Virus record (IMG/VR): IMGVR_UViG_3300033463_000012
DNA length: 64,000 bases
DNA from: a virus
Taxonomy: Duplodnaviria > Caudoviricetes
Direction: 5' to 3' (one strand)
The translations under genes were made by a program, and so were the position numbers. Shown here piece by piece: positions 37,109-47,339 of this stretch; within the stretch, counting starts at the first letter, position 1, and each line of letters begins with the position of its first letter. Below the pieces are notes generated by a model. It had not been told where the DNA came from, did not search any database, and worked only from the letters and a program-made list of their open reading frames with translations.

Positions 37109-39499
37109 ATGGCAGAACAAAGCGTACAGAACAATCTCAACTACACCAACCTCACTTTCCAGAACATCCGGGAAAAGATGGATGCAATAATCCGCTCCGA
37201 TCCCCGTTTCTCGAAATTGGTTGAATCCGCCGTCTACAAGGTCCTGCTCGACAACTGGGCCTCGATGACCGACCTTACCAACTACTACATCGAACGGACT
37301 GCAGAAGAATCGTTCCTGGAATCCGCCCGACACCTGTCCTCCGTAATCATGGGGGCGAAGCAAATCGGTTATGTTCCCCGGCGTCCGATAGGTTCCAACG
37401 CCAACCTTCATTTCACCCTTTCCAACCCTTCCAATGCCCATACATTCGTTGCCGGGGAGAAACTTCGGATAAACGCAGGAAAGGACACCGTGACCTTCCA
37501 GGGTGACAACTTCGTCTTCTTCTCCAACTACACCTACACCATTACGGAAAACGACGCCCTGATTTTGAACGGTGGCGGGAAGATTGAAATCGCCGACGCT
37601 GTTCCTTCCGAAATCGAAGCTGATCCAGAATTCCAGAGCAAGACCGAAGAGGAAAAACTCAAATATCTCGTCCCCATAAAGATTGTGCAGGGTGACAGAA
37701 AGACCTTGACGTTCTATCCTGGCGTTTTGGCTGGACGGAAATTCCAATCCTACAAGGTGGACGATCCCAATTTCTCCAACTTCTACGGCTCCGAGGACAA
37801 CTACGACCCGAAGCCCACCTGGAACATGGACACCGAGTGCGTGGAAATGGAAGGAAATCCGGCCATGTTCACCAGGGTTTTCATCGTGGACGACCAGAAT
37901 GAAGTCGAATACCACGTGAATCGCCGTAGCTTGTATGTGGAAGACTGGACAAACGAGGCGATCGAGGTGGCCAAGAACAATGATCACACCCCGGAAAAAC
38001 TCCCCGTCTGCCTCATCACCACAAACAGGGACACCACGGTCAGCATTGTCTTCGGGGATGACTCGCTGACGAAGACCGGCCCGACCTCCCTCCAATACGT
38101 CAAGCTGGAATATCTCTCGACCAATGGTTCCTCCTCCAACAAATACGGGGTAATCGGTTCCGTGGTCGAATTGAACTCGTCCTCCAACTTCGAAACCCAG
38201 GGCGCCGTAATCGACTTCCCCGGAGAAATCGAGGTTCGTCTCGACTCCAACCTCATCGGCGGTTCGGACTTCGAGGACATTGAATCCATAAGAGTGAACG
38301 CCCCGCAGGTATTCCAGTCCCTCGAACGACTGGTCACCAAGAAGGACTACGTCGCCTTCGCCAAGACCATTACGGACCCCGTGGAAGTGAGATACGCTTC
38401 GGCCTGGGGCGAGTCGGAGGAATGCAAGAGGACAAAGAAAGACGCCATCTACGGCCTTGTGAACTGCGCTCTGGTCACCGCCCTTGGTTCTCCCTACTAC
38501 AAGGACGAAAACGGGAACTGGCAGGAAGTCGACCTGGACAATGAAGACGAAATGGCCAGAATGTTCATAGAAGGCGCTTCATGGGAAGACCTGAAGACCG
38601 TGACCTACTTCGACGTCTATCTGAAACAGAGTGCACTTGACTATGAAGAATACCTGGCCAACATATCGGACACTGACGTGGTTTCCAAGGATTCGGCCAA
38701 GAGGGTCAAGACCTTCACTGATCAGCTTGACAAGAAATCGCAGATAACGGTCACCAATCTCTACATTCCCCCGTCGGTTCACGAATTCAAGTTGGGTGGA
38801 CAAATCACGGTGGCCAAATTCTGTGACAAGAATGATTTGGCGGTCAGGATGCAAAACGCCATATACCAGTGGCTGAACGCAAACCTGGACTTCAACAAGA
38901 AGCTGTATCTGTCTGACATTCAGGCGGTGGTTCAGTCGTTCCCCGAAGTCAAGAACTGCACGCTGAAGTTCATTCCAAAAGCCGATGAAATCCCGGCCGA
39001 CCAGAGGGACATCACGCTCTACACCTACGACACTCCTCCATCGGACCCGGCATACACTGACATCGTAAATGGAATTGTTCAGGAATTTTGGAATGACTAT
39101 GTGTCCAACAGCATGCAGGACTACAAGTGGTCAGTCAGTGATTCCTCCAATTTGTTCCTCTACACCAATGCTCAGCCACCGATCAGCTATTCTGCATATG
39201 AAGAGGAAAGATACCTTCGCAACGGTTTCTCGCAATATGAATATCTGAACGACTTCCTGACTCCTCTATGGAACAAGATAGTCGGTCTGGCCAATGGCAT
39301 GCATGGTGACCCGGCCTGCAAGGAATATCGGAACAATCCGCAGAACTATCAGCATTTCATCAAGACCACTTGCGCATTGCTGGAAAGGTTGTTCTGCTTT
39401 TCCATGATCGACAAGGACGGAAACATAACCGACTTTTCCTTGGACAATGAGCTGGCTTACGTGAAATTCGATGACGGAATTTTGAGATACGAGGACTAA
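37109..39499 (+). CDS. Baseplate wedge protein (gp6)
   Basis: ESFLESA...SSV...AKQIGYVP, FGD, YLSTNG, GG.D.E.IESIR.NAP..FQS.ERLVT..DY. Confidence 0.92.
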   Translation: MAEQSVQNNLNYTNLTFQNIREKMDAIIRSDPRFSKLVESAVYKVLLDNWASMTDLTNYYIERTAEESFLESARHLSSVIMGAKQIGYVPRRPIGSNANLHFTLSNPSNAHTFVAGEKLRINAGKDTVTFQGDNFVFFSNYTYTITENDALILNGGGKIEIADAVPSEIEADPEFQSKTEEEKLKYLVPIKIVQGDRKTLTFYPGVLAGRKFQSYKVDDPNFSNFYGSEDNYDPKPTWNMDTECVEMEGNPAMFTRVFIVDDQNEVEYHVNRRSLYVEDWTNEAIEVAKNNDHTPEKLPVCLITTNRDTTVSIVFGDDSLTKTGPTSLQYVKLEYLSTNGSSSNKYGVIGSVVELNSSSNFETQGAVIDFPGEIEVRLDSNLIGGSDFEDIESIRVNAPQVFQSLERLVTKKDYVAFAKTITDPVEVRYASAWGESEECKRTKKDAIYGLVNCALVTALGSPYYKDENGNWQEVDLDNEDEMARMFIEGASWEDLKTVTYFDVYLKQSALDYEEYLANISDTDVVSKDSAKRVKTFTDQLDKKSQITVTNLYIPPSVHEFKLGGQITVAKFCDKNDLAVRMQNAIYQWLNANLDFNKKLYLSDIQAVVQSFPEVKNCTLKFIPKADEIPADQRDITLYTYDTPPSDPAYTDIVNGIVQEFWNDYVSNSMQDYKWSVSDSSNLFLYTNAQPPISYSAYEEERYLRNGFSQYEYLNDFLTPLWNKIVGLANGMHGDPACKEYRNNPQNYQHFIKTTCALLERLFCFSMIDKDGNITDFSLDNELAYVKFDDGILRYED

Positions 39500-39502
39500 C
39501 GA

Positions 39503-42058
39503 ATGGCCGGAGTCAAGCATTTCTACGTAGGAGAATATGTCGAGGGGAGCACGCCGGGCGACCCTTCTGAATACTACAAGTTCATCATGGACGTTCAACG
39601 TGCGTTCAAGAACTACTTTGCAACGGAGCAGGAAGAGACTGACGCCGAGATAATGTTCGTCCAAAACTACACGGACTATGCGACCGGGTATGGCGAAGTC
39701 CCGTTGTTCATAGGAACCAAATCAGGGGGCGGTGCCAATGCTGGAATGCCCAGATACTGCCAGAACCTTGTCTACACTTCGTTGGCGTGGGAACGGCACA
39801 GAGGCACAATAACCTTCGCCCACAGGAGCTATTATGATTCCCCGTTGGTGATTTCTCCCGTCGATTTGGACCACGGTACAATAACAATCAGGGGCATTTC
39901 GTTCTATCGAAACCCACCGGACAGTGGAAATGCTGGCACCAACGTCTGCAACTATTTGTCGGCCTCCACTGAAACCACTGTCATTCCGATTGTGTTCGAG
40001 AACTGCCGATTCGGGAGCTGGGGTACATGTGGTGGCTCCTGCATGAACATGTCCACCCACAACAAGAAGGTCAGCACGTTCAACGGAGAGGCCCTGGTCA
40101 TTTGCAAGGCATGTGTTTTCGACGGAACACAGAAGGCAACGGTTGGGATGTGTCTTAACATAACACCCCCGGCATACGTAGCCCCTCAACCTTTGTTCGT
40201 GGCATACAACTGCCTATTCAGGGGTGCCATGAACTCGCAAATTGGTGGTGTCATCACTGTTCAAAGCGCCAGCAACATGGAAGCGCACGACGCACTTCAA
40301 TGTGGCATATACAACTCATACATCTGTTGCAATTTGTATGCGGGTATGTGGGATATGCCGAAGGTTCAATCCAACTGCGAATTCATCAACTGCGTCTTCG
40401 CCGACAAGCTGTATTATGACAACTATGGGATGAAGTTCAACCCGACTGGCACAAATGGCTATCGGTTTACCTATAACACTTCATACACAACGTCCACGCA
40501 TCACCCGACGTTGAAGAACTGCTCAGTGATAGGCGGAAGTCTGGTGACGGGGAACCAGGCGTCATTGGTCAACGTGATAGATTGCCAGACGAATATCAAC
40601 CCGAAGCCAATCTACACCGAAGAGGGAAACTATAAGACGGTCTTCGGGGTGCCCACAAATCCAAATAATGGCTATTGGCTGACTGGGGCGAACAACTGGA
40701 ATGCAGGAAATACGAACAGGGTTATTTTCTGCAACCCGAGCACCTACCCTAATGACGAATACCACAAATTCGTCTATTTCGGAACTCCGATCAAGGGAGG
40801 GAAGCTGGACGACAAGGGGTCAATGGAAGTGTTTACAGATCCCAGGATTCTCGGCTATTTCGGAACTTCCTATCCAAATTTCCTGAACGAACCGAAAATC
40901 CACCGCGGCTACTCCAATGCACTGACAAACGAACACCCGACTGACCTCCTGCCCGACGAGTGGTATGACGAATATAAGAGGTTCCGTGGCTCTTCAGTGG
41001 ATATCGGGATGGTGGAATACACGCCCTACTACATCACAATGTCGGTATCCCCAGAATATACTGGAGATGAAGAGGATTTCGGCACATTCAAATTCAACAC
41101 CATTCAAGATGCAATTGACCATTACATTCAAACACATCAGGGAATCGACTATACTGGTTGCAAGATAGTGGTCGAACAGGACATGGAAGTTCCTCAAATC
41201 AAATTCAATGACGACAGGTTGATTTCCGCGGCCACTCAGATGTTTGTGATTTGTGGAAGACGCGCTGAACCTTATGTCGACAATCCTCAGATCAAACTCA
41301 CTTGTTCCGGTGCCTCCATGTTCGAATTCGAATCCACCGGAGAAGGATCAATCCCGGATGGCCTTGAATTCCGTGACATTGAATTCATAGGTTCAGGTGC
41401 CTCGAGCGTGATCAAGGTCGGAGAGGATTCCACTGTCAAGCTGCTTTTCCAGAGATGCAAATTCACCGCTACAGGAAAGAACACGACACAGGCGTTCATC
41501 TCCGGGACTTTAAACGGTTCGTATCCTCAGAACGCCCCGTCAAGAATCATCGTGGACAACTGCGCGTTCGAAGGCAAGGCGGTCGATTTCAAGACGGATG
41601 GTTCAGGGAGCAACATCGCCTTCGTGAACACAACCTTCATGGGAAACAAGACAGGGAAGACAGCCGAGGTTTCCGTCACCAATTCCATTCAGCGTTTCAT
41701 CAACTGTGGATTCTGGCGGTGCGAAAAACCCGTGGACGGAACATTCGAGATGATCAACACTTGGCTCTTCAACTGTCCTGAACAGGATTGGAAAGCGGCC
41801 AGCAAGTTGACCAATTGCGCGACTGACCTTTCCTCCTTTGGACAGGCCACTGCATCCAATTGCAAATACGAACTCAACCCGGATGAACAGTTTTATTCAT
41901 ACGGCAAATACGGGTTGCTTAAATTCTTTCCAAAGGAAGGATCAGACTTGACTACAGGAGCGACGACCGATGTCCTCAAGGACTTCTCCATCTACGTATA
42001 TGCCGGGTTGGCTCCTGAACAATACGACCCAATCGGAACAGGGAGGCCTTTGAGATGA
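39503..42058 (+). CDS. Baseplate-associated right-handed beta-helix protein (possible adhesin/depolymerase)
   Basis: Repeated (F/I).NC.F rungs; 'DEYKRFRGSSVDIGMVEY' motif; located between gp6 and gp7-like. Confidence 0.6.
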   Translation: MAGVKHFYVGEYVEGSTPGDPSEYYKFIMDVQRAFKNYFATEQEETDAEIMFVQNYTDYATGYGEVPLFIGTKSGGGANAGMPRYCQNLVYTSLAWERHRGTITFAHRSYYDSPLVISPVDLDHGTITIRGISFYRNPPDSGNAGTNVCNYLSASTETTVIPIVFENCRFGSWGTCGGSCMNMSTHNKKVSTFNGEALVICKACVFDGTQKATVGMCLNITPPAYVAPQPLFVAYNCLFRGAMNSQIGGVITVQSASNMEAHDALQCGIYNSYICCNLYAGMWDMPKVQSNCEFINCVFADKLYYDNYGMKFNPTGTNGYRFTYNTSYTTSTHHPTLKNCSVIGGSLVTGNQASLVNVIDCQTNINPKPIYTEEGNYKTVFGVPTNPNNGYWLTGANNWNAGNTNRVIFCNPSTYPNDEYHKFVYFGTPIKGGKLDDKGSMEVFTDPRILGYFGTSYPNFLNEPKIHRGYSNALTNEHPTDLLPDEWYDEYKRFRGSSVDIGMVEYTPYYITMSVSPEYTGDEEDFGTFKFNTIQDAIDHYIQTHQGIDYTGCKIVVEQDMEVPQIKFNDDRLISAATQMFVICGRRAEPYVDNPQIKLTCSGASMFEFESTGEGSIPDGLEFRDIEFIGSGASSVIKVGEDSTVKLLFQRCKFTATGKNTTQAFISGTLNGSYPQNAPSRIIVDNCAFEGKAVDFKTDGSGSNIAFVNTTFMGNKTGKTAEVSVTNSIQRFINCGFWRCEKPVDGTFEMINTWLFNCPEQDWKAASKLTNCATDLSSFGQATASNCKYELNPDEQFYSYGKYGLLKFFPKEGSDLTTGATTDVLKDFSIYVYAGLAPEQYDPIGTGRPLR

Positions 42059-43101
42059 ACATTTTCAGCATTGGCCCGTTTGAACAATTCGATGTACCCA
42101 GGAATCCGGATGACCCCTATGTCCCGATTGACCCACCCGATGATGATGGAAATCCTTTTGAATGGGTATATGACCACACGCAGAGGGACAAGCAGGGTGA
42201 CCCGATCAAGATAGGTCCATGGAATGACAGATTGACCGACATCGTGAACTGGATTCCCGGTGCATTAAGGGACACTGAACTGACGGAATTCGTCTCTTTG
42301 TATCAGGACTTCTTAAACAAGGGAATGTACACCACTCCCTGCAAATGGGACGAATCGGAACTCGCCACCTCGATGCTCAAGAAAATCGAGAGGATTTTGG
42401 ACTTCCGGGATCCTTCCGAAATAGATGAGAATTTGATACAGAACTATGCAGACCTTCTTGGCTTCTCTGCGTCCGACATGAAGAAAATCAGCGAGATGAA
42501 CAAGGGCGAAGAAGGGGATGAATCACTGGATGACGTCTACAACAGATGCAGAGAACTCATCCGTTCCATTCCTTTCCTGGAAGCCAACAAGACGACTGAA
42601 ATCGCCATGATGCTCTTGATCGGCATACTCGGAAAAACCTTTGAATTCAAGGTCATGTATCTCGGGAAAGGAAGGACAGGGCAAGACTATGACAACTGCT
42701 ATTGGGAGGACAAAGGAAACCCGACTCCTCACTTCGGCCTGGAACTCCCTCTGGGCAAAAGTTTGGACGATGCTACTGCAAAAGTGGTCAACCAGATAAT
42801 CGAATCCATTCGGCCTATCAACACTGTCTATGAAGGAATAACTCAGTCAGAAACAATCGACGTGACATTGGGTTCGAACACCAAGGACGAGGAAGGGTGG
42901 AAGAACGCTGACACCATGAAGATCAGCTCGACCATATACAACAACCAGTTTATGGATGTCACTGAAGGGACCATCTATGTCAATCCGAATCCTCAGGTAT
43001 CAAACAGAAATTCGACAGAGGAACCTATATTGACCAAGGCAGCAAACAGAAAAGTTGAGAAATTGGACACTGATATGCTTTTGGATAAAGAGGAAGAGTA
43101 G
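42055..43101 (+). CDS. Baseplate wedge protein (gp7-like)
   Basis: FV.LYQDFLN, DFRDP.EID..LI..YA.LLG, IRPINTV; follows gp6. Confidence 0.65.
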   Translation: MNIFSIGPFEQFDVPRNPDDPYVPIDPPDDDGNPFEWVYDHTQRDKQGDPIKIGPWNDRLTDIVNWIPGALRDTELTEFVSLYQDFLNKGMYTTPCKWDESELATSMLKKIERILDFRDPSEIDENLIQNYADLLGFSASDMKKISEMNKGEEGDESLDDVYNRCRELIRSIPFLEANKTTEIAMMLLIGILGKTFEFKVMYLGKGRTGQDYDNCYWEDKGNPTPHFGLELPLGKSLDDATAKVVNQIIESIRPINTVYEGITQSETIDVTLGSNTKDEEGWKNADTMKISSTIYNNQFMDVTEGTIYVNPNPQVSNRNSTEEPILTKAANRKVEKLDTDMLLDKEEE

Positions 43102-43118
43102 TAAATTAATGGATAAAT

Positions 43119-43227
43119 GGTCCCTGACTGCATAGGATGACTTCTGAGCCACTTTCGGGTGAGGTAAGTAAAAGATACTAGACATAGGTAAAACTGGCTC
43201 AGAACGCACCAGAAACAGTGAGGGAGA
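43119..43227. repeat. ~109-bp palindromic element, copy 4
   Basis: tccctgactg...ttctgagccacttt...ggtaagtaaaagatactag...aaactggctcagaa...cagtgaggga. Confidence 0.85.
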
Positions 43228-43240
43228 AGGTAGGTAAGAT

Positions 43241-44107
43241 ATGGCAACTTGTGGATGTTCAGGCGTAGGTTCAGGGGATTGGATATTCACTGAAATTTGT
43301 TCAATCCAAGAATTAGCTGCCTATTGCAAAAGAAAATTGGGTGCGGGCGTTTTATGCGTCCAGCTCACTGATCAGCACCTTCTGGACTGCTGCTGTCAGG
43401 CAATCCGAATGGCCTACCGCTATCTCTACGGCGAAGCGACCAAGCGCGACTACCTCATCATGAAACTTCTGCATGGACAGACTCATTATCGGGCTGCACA
43501 CAAGGACAAGGATGGGAACGAGGTCGAAGGCAACGTCTATACCCTGATTTGGAATGACATCGAAAAGAAATTGGAAGAACAACCAATCGACCCGGAAGAA
43601 TGGTGCAAATATACCTATGCCTGGGACTTTTCGATCATGAACCTGTTCGGCGGGATCAACACCCTTCACTCGGCCGAAAACCTGCTGTTGTCTGACTGGG
43701 CAAGGAATCTGACGAAGAATGGCGGTGGCCTGGTTTCCTATGATGCTGCAATGACTTGGCTGAAGCAGGTGGACAATCAGTTTGGCGCACATTTCCAGGC
43801 GTCAATGCATGAACCTTCTCATACTTTGACCGTTCTGCCTATGCCGAAATATGACACTTGGGCGCTGTTGCAGATATGGAAGAAAGCGGAAGTGCACGAA
43901 ATTTTGAACAACCCCTTGGTCATGGACTTGGCCCAGGGATATTGCTTCATGCAACTAGGTGTGATTTTGAACAAGTATACAGTGACTCTTGCCGGTGGCG
44001 GGTCATTGAACGGGTCGGATTTCTACAGCCAGGGCAAGGAACTGGTGGATTCGACCATGGAACGGTTGAGGGGAGAAGCCGATCCTCCGCTGTTCTTCAT
44101 AGGCTAA
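43241..44107 (+). CDS. Neck protein (gp13-like)
   Basis: EL..YC.RKLGA.V..VQLT.Q..DC, L.KY...L.GG..LNG, P.FFIG C-terminus. Confidence 0.9.
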   Translation: MATCGCSGVGSGDWIFTEICSIQELAAYCKRKLGAGVLCVQLTDQHLLDCCCQAIRMAYRYLYGEATKRDYLIMKLLHGQTHYRAAHKDKDGNEVEGNVYTLIWNDIEKKLEEQPIDPEEWCKYTYAWDFSIMNLFGGINTLHSAENLLLSDWARNLTKNGGGLVSYDAAMTWLKQVDNQFGAHFQASMHEPSHTLTVLPMPKYDTWALLQIWKKAEVHEILNNPLVMDLAQGYCFMQLGVILNKYTVTLAGGGSLNGSDFYSQGKELVDSTMERLRGEADPPLFFIG

Positions 44108-44137
44108 ATTGAACAAACAACCAAAAGGAAATTTCAA

Positions 44138-44395
44138 ATGATCAGACGCAGAAGACTTTACGAAGAAGACGACTATGTTAGAGGTAAAGAGTGGACCCAT
44201 GCTAATTTGAACTATAAAAGCGGTTATCATGATGCGCTGAAATTCGTTGTCAATGTCGCTGAAGATTACGATGATATTGATGGATTTCGTGTATGGATAA
44301 ATCATGCTATTACAAAAGCTAAAAAAGAACTGAGTGAAGCGGGTGAATCATGGGCAAAGATCAGAGGCCTTAACCAAGAGAAAACAGGAGTATAG
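44138..44395 (+). CDS. Small late protein with 'MIRRRRLYE' leader
   Basis: After CTAAATT; SD aagga. Confidence 0.65.
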   Translation: MIRRRRLYEEDDYVRGKEWTHANLNYKSGYHDALKFVVNVAEDYDDIDGFRVWINHAITKAKKELSEAGESWAKIRGLNQEKTGV

Positions 44396-44396
44396 A

Positions 44397-45386
44397 ATGA
44401 TCAGACACAGAAGAATGATGGAATCTAGAATAAGCGATAAGGCACAAGAAATAATAAATGCCAAGAAGAAACGTCAGGATAGGCGTTCCTCCAAAATGTC
44501 ATACGAAGAGACTCAAGAGGCCGAAAACAAACGTCGCATTGAGCGGATATTCATGATAAAGGTCAAGAAGCTGTACGGTCTTCTTCCTGAGATATTGAAA
44601 GATGTGGAAACTGTTTATCAGGTAACAGGAAAGGCCATAGATGAGGAAGCTGGTGACGAGACTTTTCCTGATATGTTTTTCGGTATCTCAGACAATGAGC
44701 CTTATGTTGAGGTTGAAGCCGACTTGGTAGCTAGGGTTTCCGGGGAAACAGGAAGAAAGCATTTGATTTTGCAAAGTAAATATGACGGTTATTCTCTAAA
44801 TATCGATATAAACGGTGGCAGAGTAATTTACTCTTATATTCTTAAATTCGCCAGGAGCCTAGAGGATGTTGATGAAAGCGAGAGCGACAAGGACGCCATA
44901 GAACATCTTTTCAAACAAATCTCTCGGTGTATTGAAATTGTAGAAGATGATGCTGATGAAGTGAGCAAGAAGCTGGAAGGAATCCTTGACGAATACGACC
45001 GTAAGGAAATTCGTGGAATGAAGGAATCCTACAGACGTCGTGGTCACATGCTTCGTGAAGGACTTCTCAGTCAAGCCAAAGAAGAAGCCGAAAAGAGAAA
45101 GAGCAATGGAAAAATCATTCAGGAAAGGGCAAAGGAATTCCTGAAAGTTTTGAAAGAACTCTATCTGCACGCCGGTTATCATTTTGATTGGGATGAAGCC
45201 GAATGGACATCAGACAATGATCTCAAAATTCCATACGACATCAATGACGAAAAGACCGAAAAATTGGTCAATGAACTTTGCAGATATGGATGGATTTCCA
45301 AATGGAACAAATACAAGATTTGGGTCAAAGCAAAAGAATTTGCGGATGATGACCGTTTTGAAACCCTAATGGGTTGGTTGTCCTAA
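44397..45386 (+). CDS. Modular late protein (leader MIRHRRMMES; 14-aa linker)
   Basis: Internal MKESYRRRGHMLRE at 45018-45059. Confidence 0.75.
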   Translation: MIRHRRMMESRISDKAQEIINAKKKRQDRRSSKMSYEETQEAENKRRIERIFMIKVKKLYGLLPEILKDVETVYQVTGKAIDEEAGDETFPDMFFGISDNEPYVEVEADLVARVSGETGRKHLILQSKYDGYSLNIDINGGRVIYSYILKFARSLEDVDESESDKDAIEHLFKQISRCIEIVEDDADEVSKKLEGILDEYDRKEIRGMKESYRRRGHMLREGLLSQAKEEAEKRKSNGKIIQERAKEFLKVLKELYLHAGYHFDWDEAEWTSDNDLKIPYDINDEKTEKLVNELCRYGWISKWNKYKIWVKAKEFADDDRFETLMGWLS

Positions 45387-45411
45387 TGAAGGTTATTGAT
45401 CAAAAGGAGTT

Positions 45412-46620
45412 ATGAACATGGATTCATTTTGGAGCACAGAAGCATATTTATATCGCGAAGAAGATGATTTCTATTGCTTCAATTGTCTGGGTGATGAAGC
45501 GTCACTTGACATATTCATCGACAAGGAAACATTGGATTCCAGTTATGCCTTGATCATTGGTGATGAATATGCTATCGGGGACAAAGACAATCATGTTTCC
45601 GAAGACGTGATTCTGACCAAAGGAAATGAATTACTGGAAAGCGTGATCGGGGAATATGCAACACTGACCAAAGATCAACTCATGGAGATGACATACAATG
45701 CATCAACCCAGGTCACTTCGGAATACAATGACCTAGGAACCGATACCAGAACAGGGCTTCCTTGGGGTCAAACCGAAGACATGAATGAATCCACTGAACC
45801 GGAAAAACTCGACGAAAGACTGGAAATAGATGACAATTTCAGAGTCATGTGGGGTGGACATTTGACCAACATCGCTGACACTCTGTATGCAATCTACAAG
45901 GGTGGAGACAACTTCAACAGACAAGAATTTCAAGACGGAATGGTAAGAAGCAGAAGTCTGAACAATGCCATGATGTATTTGAACATCTTTTCTGCTCTGC
46001 AACGCAAAGGTTGGCTGACAAAGGAACGTCAGGGTCGTCATTTCAAGTATCATCTTACACCCGAAGGAATGAAACAGGTTGATCGTGTTCTCGCCGCTTT
46101 GGGTGAAAAGAGAAATGACATCAAAACAGCAAAGCCAGAAACAAAGCCGGAAAGCAAACCCGAAACAAAACCAGTGTCCAACAAGATTTCCGTGATGCCT
46201 TTTGAACAGTGTTTCTTCGCCTCAATGGTTTTGGATGCCGAAGATTACAGTGGACCACGTGAATGCTCCTGGATCAGTCCCAGTAATTTGCGTGAAGTGC
46301 TTGAAACATATACAGATGAAGATGACAATCCTTTGAATGTAAATGAACTCAAGCGGCTATATGAAGAATATAAGGCAAAAATCCTCAATGGTGAATCCAA
46401 AAGCAATGCAAAACTTCATAAGGTTGGTTATGACTATGGGGAAATTTCCAGCAGATGCATTCCAGACATCACCGAATATGGAAAATCTTGGCCCGAATAT
46501 GACAGACGGCAGGCACGTGTTCAGCTAGAAACCACACTTTGGATGCTTGTTACAACTTCCAGAGACGATTGGAAATTCAATGACAATGAATGGGATAGTT
46601 GCCCTGTCAAGAAAAAGTAA
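45412..46620 (+). CDS. Modular late protein with a winged-helix module
   Basis: MNESTEPEKLDE linker; LQRKGWLTKERQGRHFKYHLT wHTH; (KPE[TS])x3 spacer. Confidence 0.75.
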   Translation: MNMDSFWSTEAYLYREEDDFYCFNCLGDEASLDIFIDKETLDSSYALIIGDEYAIGDKDNHVSEDVILTKGNELLESVIGEYATLTKDQLMEMTYNASTQVTSEYNDLGTDTRTGLPWGQTEDMNESTEPEKLDERLEIDDNFRVMWGGHLTNIADTLYAIYKGGDNFNRQEFQDGMVRSRSLNNAMMYLNIFSALQRKGWLTKERQGRHFKYHLTPEGMKQVDRVLAALGEKRNDIKTAKPETKPESKPETKPVSNKISVMPFEQCFFASMVLDAEDYSGPRECSWISPSNLREVLETYTDEDDNPLNVNELKRLYEEYKAKILNGESKSNAKLHKVGYDYGEISSRCIPDITEYGKSWPEYDRRQARVQLETTLWMLVTTSRDDWKFNDNEWDSCPVKKK

Positions 46621-46628
46621 GGAGAATA

Positions 46629-47264
46629 ATGAACATGAAGGAAAGTGTATTTGACAAAGGCATGCCAGAACACGATTATGTTTGGACAATCTTTGACTAT
46701 GATACTGGTGATTCAGAATACGAAGCGGACACCAGTTTCGAAACAGTTGAAGAAGCCAAAGCCGATGGTTTGGATTTCCTGAAAGGACTGACTGATGGAC
46801 ACTATGTGCTCAAGGTCTGGAATTTCTATGAAGATGAAGGCCCATTGGAAGATGGTGGTGTCCTTTGGATTGAAAGTGACCATGGCGAAATAAAAGATGA
46901 CATGGACGAATCTGTCGAAAGCCACGGTCAGATGCTTAATGAAGATGAATATCTCAGCAATCCTTTCAAGGTCGGGGACATTCTTGCAGGTTCATACAAC
47001 TACCGTGTCATAATTCCTCACTTCACCCAGGTCATTGCAGTCACACCGAAATCAGTGAAGTGCAGAGATTTGGTCGGTCAGGGAATGTCCGGCATGTTCG
47101 GTAACACCGCATACGCCGAAAAGGACGTATTCGACACCAGAGAACCGATTTGGACCGCTCGTGTCAAATACTACCGTGATGGTGATAGTCCACATGTCTA
47201 TCATGGACAGGTCTCGTACAGTCTATGGGACGGCAAGCCCATGCAATACGATTATATGGATTAG
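46629..47264 (+). CDS. Modular late protein (leader MNMKES; 14-aa linker)
   Basis: MDESVESHGQMLNE at 46902-46943, followed by an SH3-like FKVGDIL module. Confidence 0.75.
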   Translation: MNMKESVFDKGMPEHDYVWTIFDYDTGDSEYEADTSFETVEEAKADGLDFLKGLTDGHYVLKVWNFYEDEGPLEDGGVLWIESDHGEIKDDMDESVESHGQMLNEDEYLSNPFKVGDILAGSYNYRVIIPHFTQVIAVTPKSVKCRDLVGQGMSGMFGNTAYAEKDVFDTREPIWTARVKYYRDGDSPHVYHGQVSYSLWDGKPMQYDYMD

Positions 47265-47288
47265 CTGACAAAGAATGAACATAAGAAG

Positions 47289-47315
47289 AGGCCCCACGAA
47301 AATGGGGCCTATTTT
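47289..47315. terminator. Intrinsic terminator between convergent genes
   Basis: aggcccca-cgaaaa-tggggcct-atttt. Confidence 0.75.
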
Positions 47316-47339
47316 AATCAATAAATCAGAAGCATGTTT

